A DNA stretch of 48,090 nt from assembly GCF_006345805.1 (NCBI RefSeq), contig NW_021834637.1, positions 1 through 48,090 of the forward strand, read 5' to 3'. Each line of letters begins with the position of its first letter. Within the stretch, counting starts at the first letter, position 1. Position numbers and translations under genes: made by a program. Under the pieces are notes generated by a model that did no database searches, was not told the origin of the DNA, and was given only the letters and a program-made list of their open reading frames with translations. Below, one piece after another: positions 12,500-25,374 of this stretch. This stretch comes from Octopus sinensis. Lineage: Eukaryota.

Positions 12500-12605
12500 G
12501 GAGATGCTGAAAATTCCTGGCTTGGAGCAAAAGAAAATACAAGAGTATCAGTTAATAAGGGCTTTATTCAACCTATTCCTCTCTCAATCACACAATTATT
12601 GCTGG
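12500..12605. mobile_element. Possible mariner terminal fragment
   Basis: gagatgctgaaaattcctggctt...tttattcaacctattcctctc resembles a mariner end; no partner end seen. Confidence 0.35.
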
Positions 12606-12618
12606 AGTGTCAGTTATA

Positions 12619-12659
<41 letters not shown>

Positions 12660-12778
12660 TATATGTGTGTGTGTGTGTTGTATGTGTGTGTGTGCGCGTG
12701 TGTGTATACATATTTAATACATGAGTGCATATGTATATTATATATATATATATATATATGTATTACATGTGTATACAG

Positions 12779-12931
12779 GACGGGCTTATTTCAGTCTCGG
12801 TCGACTAAATCATCTCAAAAGAATTTGGTTGGCCAAAGCCATAGGCGAAGACACCAGCCCAAGGTTTCATGCAATGGGTCTGAGCTCGAAACTTGTTACT
12901 TGGAAGCAGACTTCTTTACCGCATAGCCACG
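12779..12931 (-). mobile_element. SINE family B, 5' half
   Basis: gacgggcttatttcagt...gaagacaccagcccaagg...ttaccgcatagccac. Confidence 0.7.
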
Positions 12932-14238
12932 CTAGATTTTGTCAACTAAACACTCTATAGCGGTGCTCCGGCATGACCAGGGTCTAATGTCTGGAACAAG
13001 TAAAAGCGCCAAAGAATAATTTCGCGAATTGAAAATACAAAACAAACCAATGAATGAAGTAAAGTGAATACAACAACAAAAATGAGCAATGGAAAGAAAA
13101 CAAACAAAAAAAGGAGCCGCAACGCAAAGTTAACAGCAATTACTACAACAACAACAATAGCAAAACAATAGCACCAATCATACCTACCCCAACAACAACA
13201 ATAACGACCGGCGTCACCACCGTCATTACAGCAACAACAACATTGACACAGCAGTCAATAACCGCCATGACCATCGACTAGAACCATAAATACATTGAGA
13301 ACAACATCAAGACTAAAAACTGCAGAAAGAGCGACAGCAGGATCGATATCGATAACAGCAACAATAACAATGATTGCAACAAGAAAAGTAAAGCTCAAAT
13401 GTGAAAGTGAAAGTGAAAGTAGACGCTGTGGACTGGCGTCCACCGCCCCACTCCTCTGTCAGCGTTTAAATAGTCAAAATATACATTGTTCTGATCGAGA
13501 TAACATGATTTTGCACTAAAACAAACGGCATGAGTGAGAAAGATTTTAGGGATAGCGTTAATAGAACGTTCATGTGTTAAAGACTTCATCAGGAATGGTA
13601 GAAATAAGAAGAAAGGGAAAGAGGAGGAGGAGGAGGGATTGGGCGAAGAAGAAGAAAACAAAGAGGGACGAGAAGAGATGAGATAGAAGAAAAAAAAAGA
13701 AAAGGGGCAGGTTGCGGAAGTGAAGGAAGGGGCTGTGCAGGTCACGTCAAGTTAATGGTTTTAATGTGATTCTCTCTCTGTCTTTGTCTGTCTGTCTGTC
13801 TGTCTGTCAATCTCTCTCTCTCTCTGTCTCTCTGTCTCTCTCTCTCACTCCGCCTGTCTCCCTTTCAAATCCATCAGTGGCACCAAATTTGACACCAACT
13901 TTCACTTCTACATTCATTACACTTTTAAGAAGTGCGCAAATAGTACATATGTATGTATGTATGTATGTATGTACATATGAATGTTTCTATGTAGGCATGT
14001 CTGTATGTATGTATGTGAGCGTGTGAGTGTGTGTGTAATGTGTATATATGTATGTATGTGTATGTATGTATGTGTATGTATGTATGTGTGTAAGTATGTG
14101 GTGTGTGAGCGTATGTGTCATGTGTGTGTATATATGAATGTATATATGTATTATATGTATGTGGGTATATATACATATATGTATAACACCCATATATAAT
14201 TAAATATACTAAAAGGTGAATGATTTATCCTCACGAAG

Positions 14239-14278
<40 letters not shown>

Positions 14279-14364
14279 CATGCATGTGTGTGTATATATA
14301 TTTATTTATACAATATATACATATATATACACATATATATATATTTTATCTTTTATTTAGTATA

Positions 14365-14465
14365 ATCATTAGACTGTGGCCATGCTGGAGCAGTGCCTTG
14401 AAGAATATTTAGTCGAATGGATCGATTCCAGTACTATTTTTAAGGTCTGGTACTTATACTATCCG
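14365..14465 (-). mobile_element. SINE family B, 3' tail fragment
   Basis: agactgtggccatgctggagcagtgcc...ttagtcgaa...ggtacttatactatc. Confidence 0.65.
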
Positions 14466-14548
14466 TTGTAGTCCATTGGCTGGTTCACGGACTCCCATCG
14501 TATGTATCACTTTCATTTCTCGCTCATATATTCTCCGAGTCACTATAT

Positions 14549-15590
14549 TATTCACATATTCATTCACTTAGACACCAACACGCATACACATTCATTCATT
14601 CATTCATTCAGTCAGTCAGTCATTGATTTTCATTCATTCAGCCATTGATTCTCATTCATTCATTCTCATTCATTCAATTATTCATTCACTTAGACACCAG
14701 CACGCATACTCACTCATTCAATCATTCATTCATTCAATCAGTCATTGATTTTCATTCATTCATTTGTTCATTCACTTAGGCACCACCACACTCGTTCACT
14801 CATTCATTCAGTCACTCAGTCATTGATTTTCATTCATTCATTTGTTCATTCACTTAGGCACCACCACACTCGTTCACTCATTCATTCAGTCACTCAGTCA
14901 TTGATTTTCATTCATTCATTTATTCATTCATTCAGTCATTGATTCTTATTCCTTCATTCTCATTCCTTCATTCTCATTCATTCAATTATTCATTCACTTA
15001 GACACCAGCGCGCATACTCACTCATTCAATCATTCATTCATTCAATAAGTCATTGATTTTCATTCATTCATTTGTTCATTCACTTTGGCACCACCGTACT
15101 CGCTCACTCATTCCTTCATTCAGTCAGTCAGTCATTGATTTTCATTCATTCATTTATTCATTCATTCATTCATTCATTCATTCAGTCATTGATTTTTATT
15201 CCTTCATTCTCATTCATTCAATTATTCATTCACTTAGGCACCAGCGCGCATGCTCACTTATTCATTTATACATTCATTTATTCATTCTTTCACTCATTCA
15301 TATGGTAGCTCACCTTGTAACCCATTTAGTCAGACACTTTCCCATTCATTCTTTCATTCATTCACTTGCATAGTAAATCACCTTATCATTCATTTATTCA
15401 TTCGTTCACACAATAACTCACTTTGTAACCCATTCATTCAATCAGTTATTCACTCCTTCACTTGCTCATTCAGTCACATAATGAGCTACTATGTCTGTCT
15501 CACTCATTCACTTCTAGGCTCAGTAGCTCACTGACTCACACACGAGCCCAGTCATTCACTTCCTCTCACATTAAACTCATTCGCCCACTC
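14549..15590 (+). repeat. (TCAT)-based complex minisatellite
   Basis: Landmark cacttag(g/a)cacca, or a close variant, at 14565, 14687, 14773, 14851, 14995, 15081 and 15231; one near-perfect 78-bp repeat. Confidence 0.9.
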
Positions 15591-15689
15591 ATGTGGTGGT
15601 TGATTTGGTCACTCGTTGATGGCAAGTAGTGGTCAGTGTGCTGGTGAGGGTGATCATAATCATGAGAGTGAATTACAAAACAAATAAGG

Positions 15690-16330
15690 GACTGAATGAG
15701 TGATGTGAATGAGTAGCAAAGATTGAACGATTGGGTAAATGAGCAAATGTATGCCAACGGAAATGAGTGCGTGAATGAGTGAGGTATTGAATGAATGAGT
15801 GACGTGAATGAGTAGCAAAATTGAACGATTGAGTAAATGAGCATATGTATGCCAACGGGAATGAGTGCGTGAATGAGTGAGGTATTGAATGAATGAGTGA
15901 CGTGAATGAATGAGTGACGTGGATGAGTAGGAAAGACTGAACGATTGAGTAAATGAGCATATGTATGCCAACGGAAATGAGTGCGTGAATGAGTGAGGTA
16001 TTGAGTGAATGAGTGAATGAATAAATGAGTGACGTGAATGAGTTGCAAAGATTGAACGACAGAGTAAATGAGCAAATGGACACGAAAGGGAATGAGTGAG
16101 TTACTGAACGGATGAGTGAGTTATTGAATTAATAATTGAGTTATTGCGTGAACGAGTGAGTGAATGAGTGAGTGAGAGAATGAATGAGTGAGTAAGTGAA
16201 TCATAAGGGAGTAATGATAGGAGATGCAGTGTGAGTGTTGAGTGATATAGTCAACGATTGAGTGATCGGAGAAACGAGTGACTAAAGGATAAAATGAGTT
16301 GTCACGTGATTCGTTTAGTGAATGAGGAGG
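15690..16330 (-). repeat. (TGAA/GAGT)-based minisatellite, ~98-116-bp units
   Basis: tgaacga...gtaaatgagca landmark at 15723, 15821, 15937 and 16052; TCAT-rich on the minus strand. Confidence 0.9.
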
Positions 16331-16495
16331 TATTCAGAGTTTCACATGAAAAATGGGATGAATGAATAATTCATAAACAAACAAACAAATGTACAAAACG
16401 ATAAAATATGTGATATAATGAACAGTGAGTGAATGAAAATCAGTGAGAGAGGTAAGAGGTTGAGCTTGAGTGAAAACACGAATGAGAACGAATCC

Positions 16496-16928
16496 AGGCG
16501 TGCTTGGGTGGTGACAAGCTTGCTTCCCAACCGCATGGTTCCGGGATCAATTATCCTGCGTGGAACATCGGGCAAGTTTCTTCTACGATAGTCTCGATCC
16601 AGCTAAGGCAGGCCTTAAGAGTGGATTTGATAGCCGGAAACTGTAAGAAGCCCATCGTATGTATCTATGTTTATGTGTGTATGTGTCTGTCTGTCTGTCC
16701 TGTTTGTGCCTGTGCATGTATGCGTAACTTTGCGCTTGTGTTTGTTCCTCGCCACTGCTTGACACAGGTGTATTCACATTCCCGTAACCTAGCAGTTCGG
16801 CCAGAAGGACCGATTAAGCAAATAACTGGCTTCAGACGAAAATAAGTACCGGGATCGATTCATTCGACTAAAAATTCATCGAGGCGATGCCCCAGCATGA
16901 AGGCGACGAGTAAAAGATAAAAAAATAA
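16496..16928 (+). mobile_element. SINE family B
   Basis: gcttgcttcccaaccgcatggttccggg...gtggatttgatagccggaaactgtaagaagcccatcg...ccccagcatg; colinear with 8248-8670. Confidence 0.85.
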
Positions 16929-17229
16929 TTAACGAATCATTTCAATTTTGTGTATTTAATTATTATTTATATACTTTCAGTTGTAGCGAGTTCTTAAGCT
17001 TGTCTTTACCAAATAACAAGCGGAGTATCCACCAATCACACCAGTAATCCGCCTTGCCGTTAAATCGAAGTTAATCAAACAGATTCGTTGGCCATAATAT
17101 GGCTATGTCTCCTAATCTTTCTCTTTAAATGCCGCACATCTATCATGAATGAATACACCCCCCTCTTCTTTCTTTTTCTTCTTTTTTTCTGTCTTCCTTT
17201 TCTTTTTATTTTAAAAAGACACGACAGTA

Positions 17230-17690
17230 GTAACATCAACGACATTATCACAGCCATCAACATCGTCGTCATCGACGTCACCATCTTTATTATCATCATC
17301 ATCATCGTCGTCAGCATCGCTATCATCATCATCATCATCACCATTATCGTGATAACCGTCGTCCTCATTGTCATTATCGTAATCACCATCGCCATCAGCA
17401 TCGCCATCAGCATCATCATCCCCATGATGATGATGATCATCATCATCATCATCATTATCATCATCATCGTCATCATCACCACCATCAACATTATCATTAC
17501 CGACGTCATCGTCGTCCCCCTCCTCATCACCTTCATCATGAGCATGATATCACCACCATCAACATTATCATCATCGACGTTGTCATCATCATCGTCATCG
17601 TCATGGCCATCATCGTCCCCCTCAATAGCAATAACTCAAACAACAACAACAACGACAATGGAAGCAGTATAACAACAACAATATCATCTT
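17230..17690. repeat. Degenerate (CAT/CGT/CAA)n trinucleotide repeat
   Basis: Direct reading; gives poly-Ile/Met/His pseudo-ORFs. Confidence 0.9.
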
Positions 17691-17869
17691 ACAAACACTC
17701 ACGTCCTCTACTTTGTTGTTGTTATTTGTATTTTTATATATTTTTTCTTCTCTTTATATTCACTTTTCTTTTCTTACCTTTTAATCAACATCAAACGACG
17801 ATGGTCTTCGCTTGTACGCATCATGCCAATTAAACGTGGGTTCATGTATGTAGGCAGGCAGCTACGAAC

Positions 17870-18203
17870 GAATATATATATTATGCATGTATATATATAT
17901 ATATACTAGATACAGATTTATATATATACATATGTACATATATATTATATATATATAATATATATATGTATATATATATGTATATATATATATATTATAT
18001 ATATATATATGTATATATATATATGAATGTGTGTAGATATATATGTATATATATACATACATATATATATATATATACACACACACCTATGCACATATAT
18101 GACTGTATTTTCATGTATAGGTATATTTAAATCATTTATACATACATGCGTTTATACATACATACATACATCCACATTTATATATATTCGTAAACTCTCC
18201 CTA

Positions 18204-18267
<64 letters not shown>

Positions 18268-18692
18268 GATAGATAGCTAGATAGATTTATATATATATGT
18301 ATATAATATATATATGTATTTACATATATATATACACATACATATACACATACACACGTATATGTATATAATACTATAATACTACCTACGTATATATGTG
18401 AATCAATTATTCTACCTTGACGCCCTCTCGTGTCGGTTCTCGGCTGCCACTTTCGCATTCCAGTTTCAATCGTCTTCATACTAATTGTACCTTGCCTTCT
18501 TATCTCTTGGTCTGTCCTTCATTACACATTTCTCCCTTTCCTGGTTCCTTTCTCTCCATTTCTCTTTCGTTTACTTTCCTAGGCAGCTCTCATCTTCCTT
18601 CTCCTCCTTCTATCTTTCTCTTGTTATTGCAACACTGTAAATACTATCCAATTTTAGGCGAATTAAGAGTCCTTGCATCGCACATTGATGTT

Positions 18693-18745
<53 letters not shown>

Positions 18746-18923
18746 GCACATGCTTATACATGTGCATATCAGTGTAGACGTAACTACCAGCGCACAAATC
18801 ACGCGAGAACATAGGCAAAGAATTGTATGTGTGTATGCGAACGTGGGAATGTATGTATGTGAGTGTGTGTATATATATATATACACACACACAGATATAT
18901 ACGTATGTATTTGTGTTTGTGTA

Positions 18924-18965
<42 letters not shown>

Positions 18966-18991
18966 AAATATATGTACATATATAAACCAGG

Positions 18992-19031
<40 letters not shown>

Positions 19032-19230
19032 TGTATACAATATTTTGATGTACGTGTATTGATATACATCTCCTGATGCATGTGCGACGTACATTCGCAC
19101 ACAAAAACGCATAGAACACATATAAACACACGCACCCCTACACACACACACACACAATTACACATCATCGCACACACAACCAAACATTCACACATTCACA
19201 ACCACACATAATCACGCGCATACACAGACG
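17870..19230. repeat. (TA)/(CA) microsatellite field with an internal pyrimidine-rich spacer
   Basis: Direct reading; spacer at about 18400-18690. Confidence 0.85.
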
Positions 19231-19619
19231 CGTACGGCACATCGTATATACAGCAGATTGCATATCGATCGAATTCACGTTATAGTTTTCCTATTAAAAC
19301 CGATCGGTGTTTATTAAAAGTCTCCTGCTTTGTAATTTCGCCGTCGAATTGTTAGTCATCTTCGGTAATAATGGTTCAATAATTTGGGATCAACCGAGAG
19401 TTCACAGCCCCCCTTACTAAGCTGTTTAGCGATGAGGAATTCGTCAGATACCGAAAAATGTGCAATCGCTGCAATTTTTCTTTCTTGATGTTGGTAAACA
19501 AGACTGTTAATTGGGAGTAACATTTGCCGAAGAAGTGTGTTGAAGAGGAGATATAAAAGAACGCATTACAGGATGTTAAGTAATGATTGACTGTTAGGGA
19601 CTCGTATAATACACATTTA

Positions 19620-19649
19620 ATATATACATGTACATATATGCTCACACAT

Positions 19650-19719
<70 letters not shown>

Positions 19720-19830
19720 ATATATATATATATATATAGATAAATACACATATATATACACACATATATATACATATAGATTTATATTTGTACATATATA
19801 CATATATATATATATATAATATATATATAT

Positions 19831-19883
<53 letters not shown>

Positions 19884-20056
19884 ATATATATATATATGTA
19901 TGTATATATATATATATGTATGTATGTATATATATATATATATATACATACATACATACACACACACACACATATATATATATATATTATACATACATAC
20001 ATACACACACACACACATATATATATATTATACATACATACATACACACACACACG

Positions 20057-20136
<80 letters not shown>

Positions 20137-20195
20137 GAGATATATACATATATATGAACACATATAATCATACATACTTACAGGCGTATACACAC
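19620..20195. repeat. (TA)/(CA)/(GA) microsatellite field
   Basis: Direct reading. Confidence 0.9.
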
Positions 20196-20781
20196 TGATA
20201 CGTAAGGTGAAAGTATGGTTGTAGGCGAAAGATTGATAGCTTAAGATGGCGTAAAGTCAGAAGTGAAAATAGAAAGGCAGTTGAATAGAGAACGAGTCGA
20301 AACATTAGATGAAGGATTTATCGTGTTTACTAGTATATTATTTTCATGGACCCATGGATACAGAAACTGAGAAGCAGTGGATCAGTCCGAGGTTCGAATA
20401 ATGCTAGTGGTACACTGAGTAATTTGCGCGCTCGCTGCTTTCTCTGTATTTGGTAGACGTTTCTGTTAGAAATAGCAGCTTAAAATCACATTGTTCCATC
20501 TTAAAAGCGGATAGACAAAAGAAGAGATAATTTCGCATGAGGTAAGTTAATGAATGATATATTAATGGATTCTGAAATGTTTAGGATTCATCGAAGCATC
20601 GACCGAACTGAGAATTGAGAGAAGATCTGAAACCTTAAATCTAAATATTTAATGCAGGATGTTTAACTGTACCAATGATGTATGAACATCAGATGTGAAG
20701 CTCGCCATTTTGCTGCTTTCTTTCTGATGTTGTTCATTGATATTGTTCCAATTGCTTATGAAAATCATTATAAATGTATTA

Positions 20782-21287
20782 CAGTAAATCCTCCAGTATA
20801 GTCCGCCCTTAAGTATAATACGCAAGGGATTTTTAGGGGCTGTACCTCTGGAAAACCTAAACCTTGTGTATAATACTCACCCCTTCTCTAAGGTTTATAT
20901 AACGTCCTTGGTTTGTAAAAATGTATACGGCAACGTCACTTATTATTATTGTATACATAACATAATGCAAACGTGTAGCCTTTTTGTCTATTTTGTTTTC
21001 AGAAAATAAAAGAATAACAGTAATAACAGTAATAACGGTTAATAAATGTTGCTTACTGCATATCATGGATTATTTTTTTTATAACTTCATTGCTTTCAGG
21101 TTTAGCTTAAGGTATTTTCGCGCCCGACATCACAAAATGCGTTTGAATAAACATTGTCGGACAGCAAATAGAGACTCGGATATTGCTTAGAAAATATTTT
21201 CTATTTTTAACCTCGTATATAGTATGCATTAAGGATTTTGACCTTAAATTTTGGAGAAAAATGCGGATTATACTCTAGGAGTTACGG
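20782..21287. mobile_element. Tc1/mariner-superfamily (pogo/Tigger-like) MITE with TA target duplication
   Basis: TA-cagtaaatcctccagtatagtccgc on the left versus gcggattatactctaggagttacgg-TA on the right; ~25-bp TIRs. Confidence 0.85.
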
Positions 21288-21341
21288 TATAGCTACTATG
21301 TGTACAGATTAACATGAAAATTTGCTAGAAGGTATAAAATT

Positions 21342-21725
21342 CTTTGCTACTCAAGGCACAAGGCCTGAAATTTGGTGGGGGGAGTCGATTAGATCTATCC
21401 CAGTACGCAACTGGTACTTAATTTATCGACCCCCGAAAGGATGAAAGGCAAAGTTGACTTCGGCGGAATTTGAACTCAGAACATAAAGACAGACGAAAAT
21501 AATATTTGTGTCTTTATTGCCCACAGGGGGCTAAACATAGAGGCGACAAACAAGGACAGATAAAGGGATTAAGTCGATTACATCGACCCCAGTGCGTAAC
21601 TGGTACTTATTTAATCGACCCCCGAAAAGGTGACAGGTAAAGTCGACCTTGGTGGAATTTGAACTCAGACGAAATAACGCTAAGCATTTTGCCCGGCGTG
21701 CTAACGATTCTGCCAGCTCGCCGCC
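21342..21725 (-). mobile_element. SINE family A with two internal units
   Basis: Two copies of tcgacccccgaaa...aaagt.gac.t.gg.ggaatttgaactcaga; head ctaacgattctgccagctcgccgcc; possible diverged TSD 21325-21341 / 21728-21744 (13/17). Confidence 0.9.
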
Positions 21726-22094
21726 CTCTGGAACGTTTTAAATTAATCATTTTAAAACAGGAAGTTTGTCATAATTCAGTAAAGTTACATATGTAATTAC
21801 TCTTCTCTGATGATTTTACAATAAATATCGTATATATCATTTACATTATATAACTCATAATCTTTATGTTAATGAAGTGCACGTAATATGATGTAATTAA
21901 ATGAATAATAAACAATCGCTCATAGTTTGTTGTTTTAAGCATGTATTCTGACACACCCAAACACTGGATTGAATCTAAAATATACAAATACACTAACACG
22001 AACGAAAATTCACATAGAATGCTAAATACTGATTATCTGGAGTTTAAATTGTAATCTAAGACTTAAATTTCACAAAACGAGTTCGTATCAATTC

Positions 22095-22296
22095 GTTCAA
22101 ACCAAACTGCCCGAGACCGTCGCTGCTTCTATGATACAAACTTCATCATTTTAATGAGATATAAACTGAAACCTTCCGTCACAATTTCGTGTCAATTTAT
22201 GTTCAAATTACTGGCTTAGCAATTACAAAGTCATTTCACTAAATTCTTCATTACATTCGAAATTGATTGCAACAAACTCAGTGATATTTCAACAGA
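22095..22296 (+). mobile_element. Decayed interspersed repeat (probable MITE)
   Basis: 22131-22196 matches the reverse complement of the sequence flanking the SINE at 21308-21333 and 21745-21772, indicating a second copy split by that SINE. Confidence 0.5.
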
Positions 22297-22556
22297 GCAG
22301 AAAAGAACGACCGCTGTTAAGAAGGTATCGGTCTTGAAGCATTGCAATTGTCACATATTTGGTGAGAACATTCGGATCCTGTCGTGAATCCATAATGATA
22401 TCAAGGCTACAGCAGGCGACAAAGTACTTCATGAACTTAAACAAACGTTCAGCTGTTCTTACATTAACAGATGTTGATATTTAGCAATAGGGAGTTTCCG
22501 GAAAAGATACATCTGAAAACACAGACACTTCACACCTCCACGCGCACACAGACAAT

Positions 22557-22557
22557 G

Positions 22558-22624
<67 letters not shown>

Positions 22625-22626
22625 AT

Positions 22627-22670
<44 letters not shown>

Positions 22671-23042
22671 ATATATATAAATATATATATGATATATATA
22701 TATAGTTCATAGCTGTATATATTTATGTGTATTTTTATACATGTATATATATATACGTATGTGCGTGTAGGTGTGTGTGCATGTGTAAGTGTAAAATATT
22801 CGAATATATATAAATAGATATATGTAACATATGCGAATATATTTATGTCTTATGTCTGCACACACATAGCTACATATTTGTAAGCAAAATATTCGTAAGC
22901 AAACTGTTTACTCACACAACCCCGACACACGCTCTCTCTTATATACACAGATACACACGTATCTATCTATATAAATATATATTAAGAGAGAGAAATAGAG
23001 AAATAGATACGTGTATAAATATACAAACACATACACACGCAT

Positions 23043-23104
<62 letters not shown>
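22557..23104. repeat. (TA)n and (CA)n microsatellites
   Basis: Direct reading. Confidence 0.9.
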
Positions 23105-23106
<2 letters not shown>

Positions 23107-23469
23107 ATATTATTTTAAAAGGCAGGTATGTTCCTAATTATATTCTAGATATGTTGAGACATATTTCCTTGCACAGAACTACTTAGACTTTATCTTTCAT
23201 TTGAAGTCCTGATGTCAATCCTAGACAATTTTATTTTTCAAACTATTTCCAATCCATTATTTTCATGATAATTTTTTTGTAAAGAATTTTCCTTGTTAAA
23301 CTTTCTTTTAGCTGAGGATATACGTAACTCGATGGAAATTCCGACATACAACACTTGAGACGCAGCATGATGTCTCAGAATACATTTTTTATTGCTAAGT
23401 GCCACTCAATGTTGACCAATGCAATTTAGTACAGACACAAACACACCCATCACATACGTACTTATATAT

Positions 23470-23978
23470 ACTTACCTACCAACATACCTTCCTACTTATC
23501 TACCTGCCTACCTACCTACCTACATAAACAACCTACCAACCTACCTACCAACCTACCTACCTACCAACCTACCTACCGACCAACCAACCTACCTACCAAC
23601 ATACCTACCTACCAACCAAACTACCTACCTACCTACCTACCTACCTACCTACCTACCTACCTACCTACCTATTTACCTATTTATCTATCAATCTAGCTAG
23701 CTAGTTATCTACCTATCTACCTTAACTTACCTACTTACCTATCTACCTTCCTCCTTACCTCCTTTCTACCTCCTTCCATTCTCACCTACCTACCCACCTA
23801 CCTACCTACTTACCTACCTACATACATACATACATCATACATACATACATACATACATACATACATACATACATACATACACACACACATACATACATGC
23901 ATGCATACATACATACATACATACATACATACATACATACATACATACATACATACATACATACATACATACATACAT
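23470..23978. repeat. (CCTA)n grading into (CATA)n tetranucleotide repeat
   Basis: Direct reading; the switch is near 23820. Confidence 0.95.
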
Positions 23979-23979
23979 G

Positions 23980-24844
23980 AAGCTTTGAGAAGACAGTAGA
24001 ATTGTCATGGAGCGCAGCATCTCTTAGACACAAGGTCACTACATCACATCACAAGTTGAAGGCTATGCGTTTGCAATTCAGGATTGCCACAACATACCTG
24101 ATAAACAAGAGAGACAGTGACGATCTTTTAATCCCAAGGTGCAACCGTATGTGTAGGTTATGCCATGTTTCTGTAAAAGACATTACGCATGTGATTAGGA
24201 GCTGTCCTCAAATGTCGTTGCGGTACTACCTCCCTATGCAGCACGATGTTGTCGCTAAAAGAATTTACATGGCTATCGACAAAAAAGATTGTCTTGAAGT
24301 AAACGTAGAAAATCTCTCTGTTATGGAATAAACATTCATAAACACCAACTCATTGAATAATTGTGGAATATTCCCATCAAAACCTCTGTCAAATGTAAAC
24401 ATAACAGGCTGTTGTTTGGGACAGAGAGGCAAAGGTATATACCATCATAGAGGTCAGCTGCCCTGCAGATATAAATATCTCTTTGAAAATCAAAGGAAAA
24501 GAAGAGGTTATCTATGGATAACTGCTTCGAAACCTTCAGCTTTTATATCCAGACTATGAATTCATATTCATACCAATAATAATTGGAGCACTAGGTTTTG
24601 TTAGAAAATGCTTAAAGGAGAATCTGGATAAACTGGGATCTTCAGAAAGAAATGTCTACCGGCTAATTCCTACATACAAGTGCAATCTGTGAGTGGAACT
24701 GTAAAAATATGCAAAACTCTTCTCAAGTTCCAAATGTGAATTTGTCTATGTTAACTACATCCCAAAGATGGAGCCTTGTATCTTTGTTGGAAACCGGCTC
24801 CCTCCTCAGTGGAAGATTTATAATAATTAAAAAATAAAAGAGAC
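23980..24844 (+). mobile_element. 5'-truncated R4/Dong-like non-LTR retrotransposon (restriction-like endonuclease), element A copy 1
   Basis: Frameshifted peptide SQVEGYAFAIQ / IATTYLINKRD / CRLC..KDITHVIRSC (CCHC) / QHDVVAK / WNIPIKTSVKCKHNR (PD missing) / VVWDREAKVYTIIEVSCPAD / LLRNLQLLYPDYEFIFIPIIIGALG, then a 3' UTR with AATAAA. Confidence 0.88.
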
Positions 24845-24854
24845 CATACATACA

Positions 24855-25257
24855 ATTCTTACGCTGAACTATTGAGGAATCTGCTCTTACTCTATACCTC
24901 TAATTATTGGGGCCCTTGGATATGTAACACACTGCCTAGAGAAATTAGGCTTTTCAAAACCAGAAAGGAGAAAGCTAATTCGAAGATTATAGATCCAGTT
25001 CATCACTGGAACTGTAAAAATCTGTAAAACTGTGCAGAAGTTAAATATATATGAGCATGTCTTAGATATGCAACTATATGCATGAGAAGCATGAGAATAC
25101 ATACATAAAGCAAAACAAAAATCTGCACATAGAAATATATACATACAAAAGTACCCTGTTGTTGATGTTGAAATTCCAATCAAGGAGTCTTGGATCTAGG
25201 TTAGAAACCGGTTCTTTCTCTATTGGCAAGAATTCTTGGAATAAAACTGAACAATTA
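24855..25257 (+). mobile_element. 3' end of a second, related R4/Dong-like LINE, element B copy 1
   Basis: YAELLRNLLLLY / PLIIGALGYVTHCLEKLGFSKPERRKLIRRL*IQFITGTVKICKT; distinct 3' UTR sharing gaaaccgg(c/t)tc and AATAAA with element A. Confidence 0.82.
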
Positions 25258-25374
25258 CATCCATCCATCCATCCATCCATCCATCCATCCATACATACAT
25301 ACATACATAATACATACATACATACATACATTACATACATACATACATACATACATACATTACATACATACATA

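Noticed and set aside
14549-16330. CRISPR-like repeat-spacer array
   Set aside because: The intervening segments are themselves homologous TCAT repeats; eukaryotic context and no cas genes.
17075-17672. Long hydrophobic ORFs resembling membrane proteins
   Set aside because: They are translations of a degenerate (CAT)n repeat and are open on both strands.
19376-20198. Longest ORFs (up to 261 aa), and similar YI/CV/HT ORFs across the window
   Set aside because: Dinucleotide microsatellites lack stops in several frames; no domain content.
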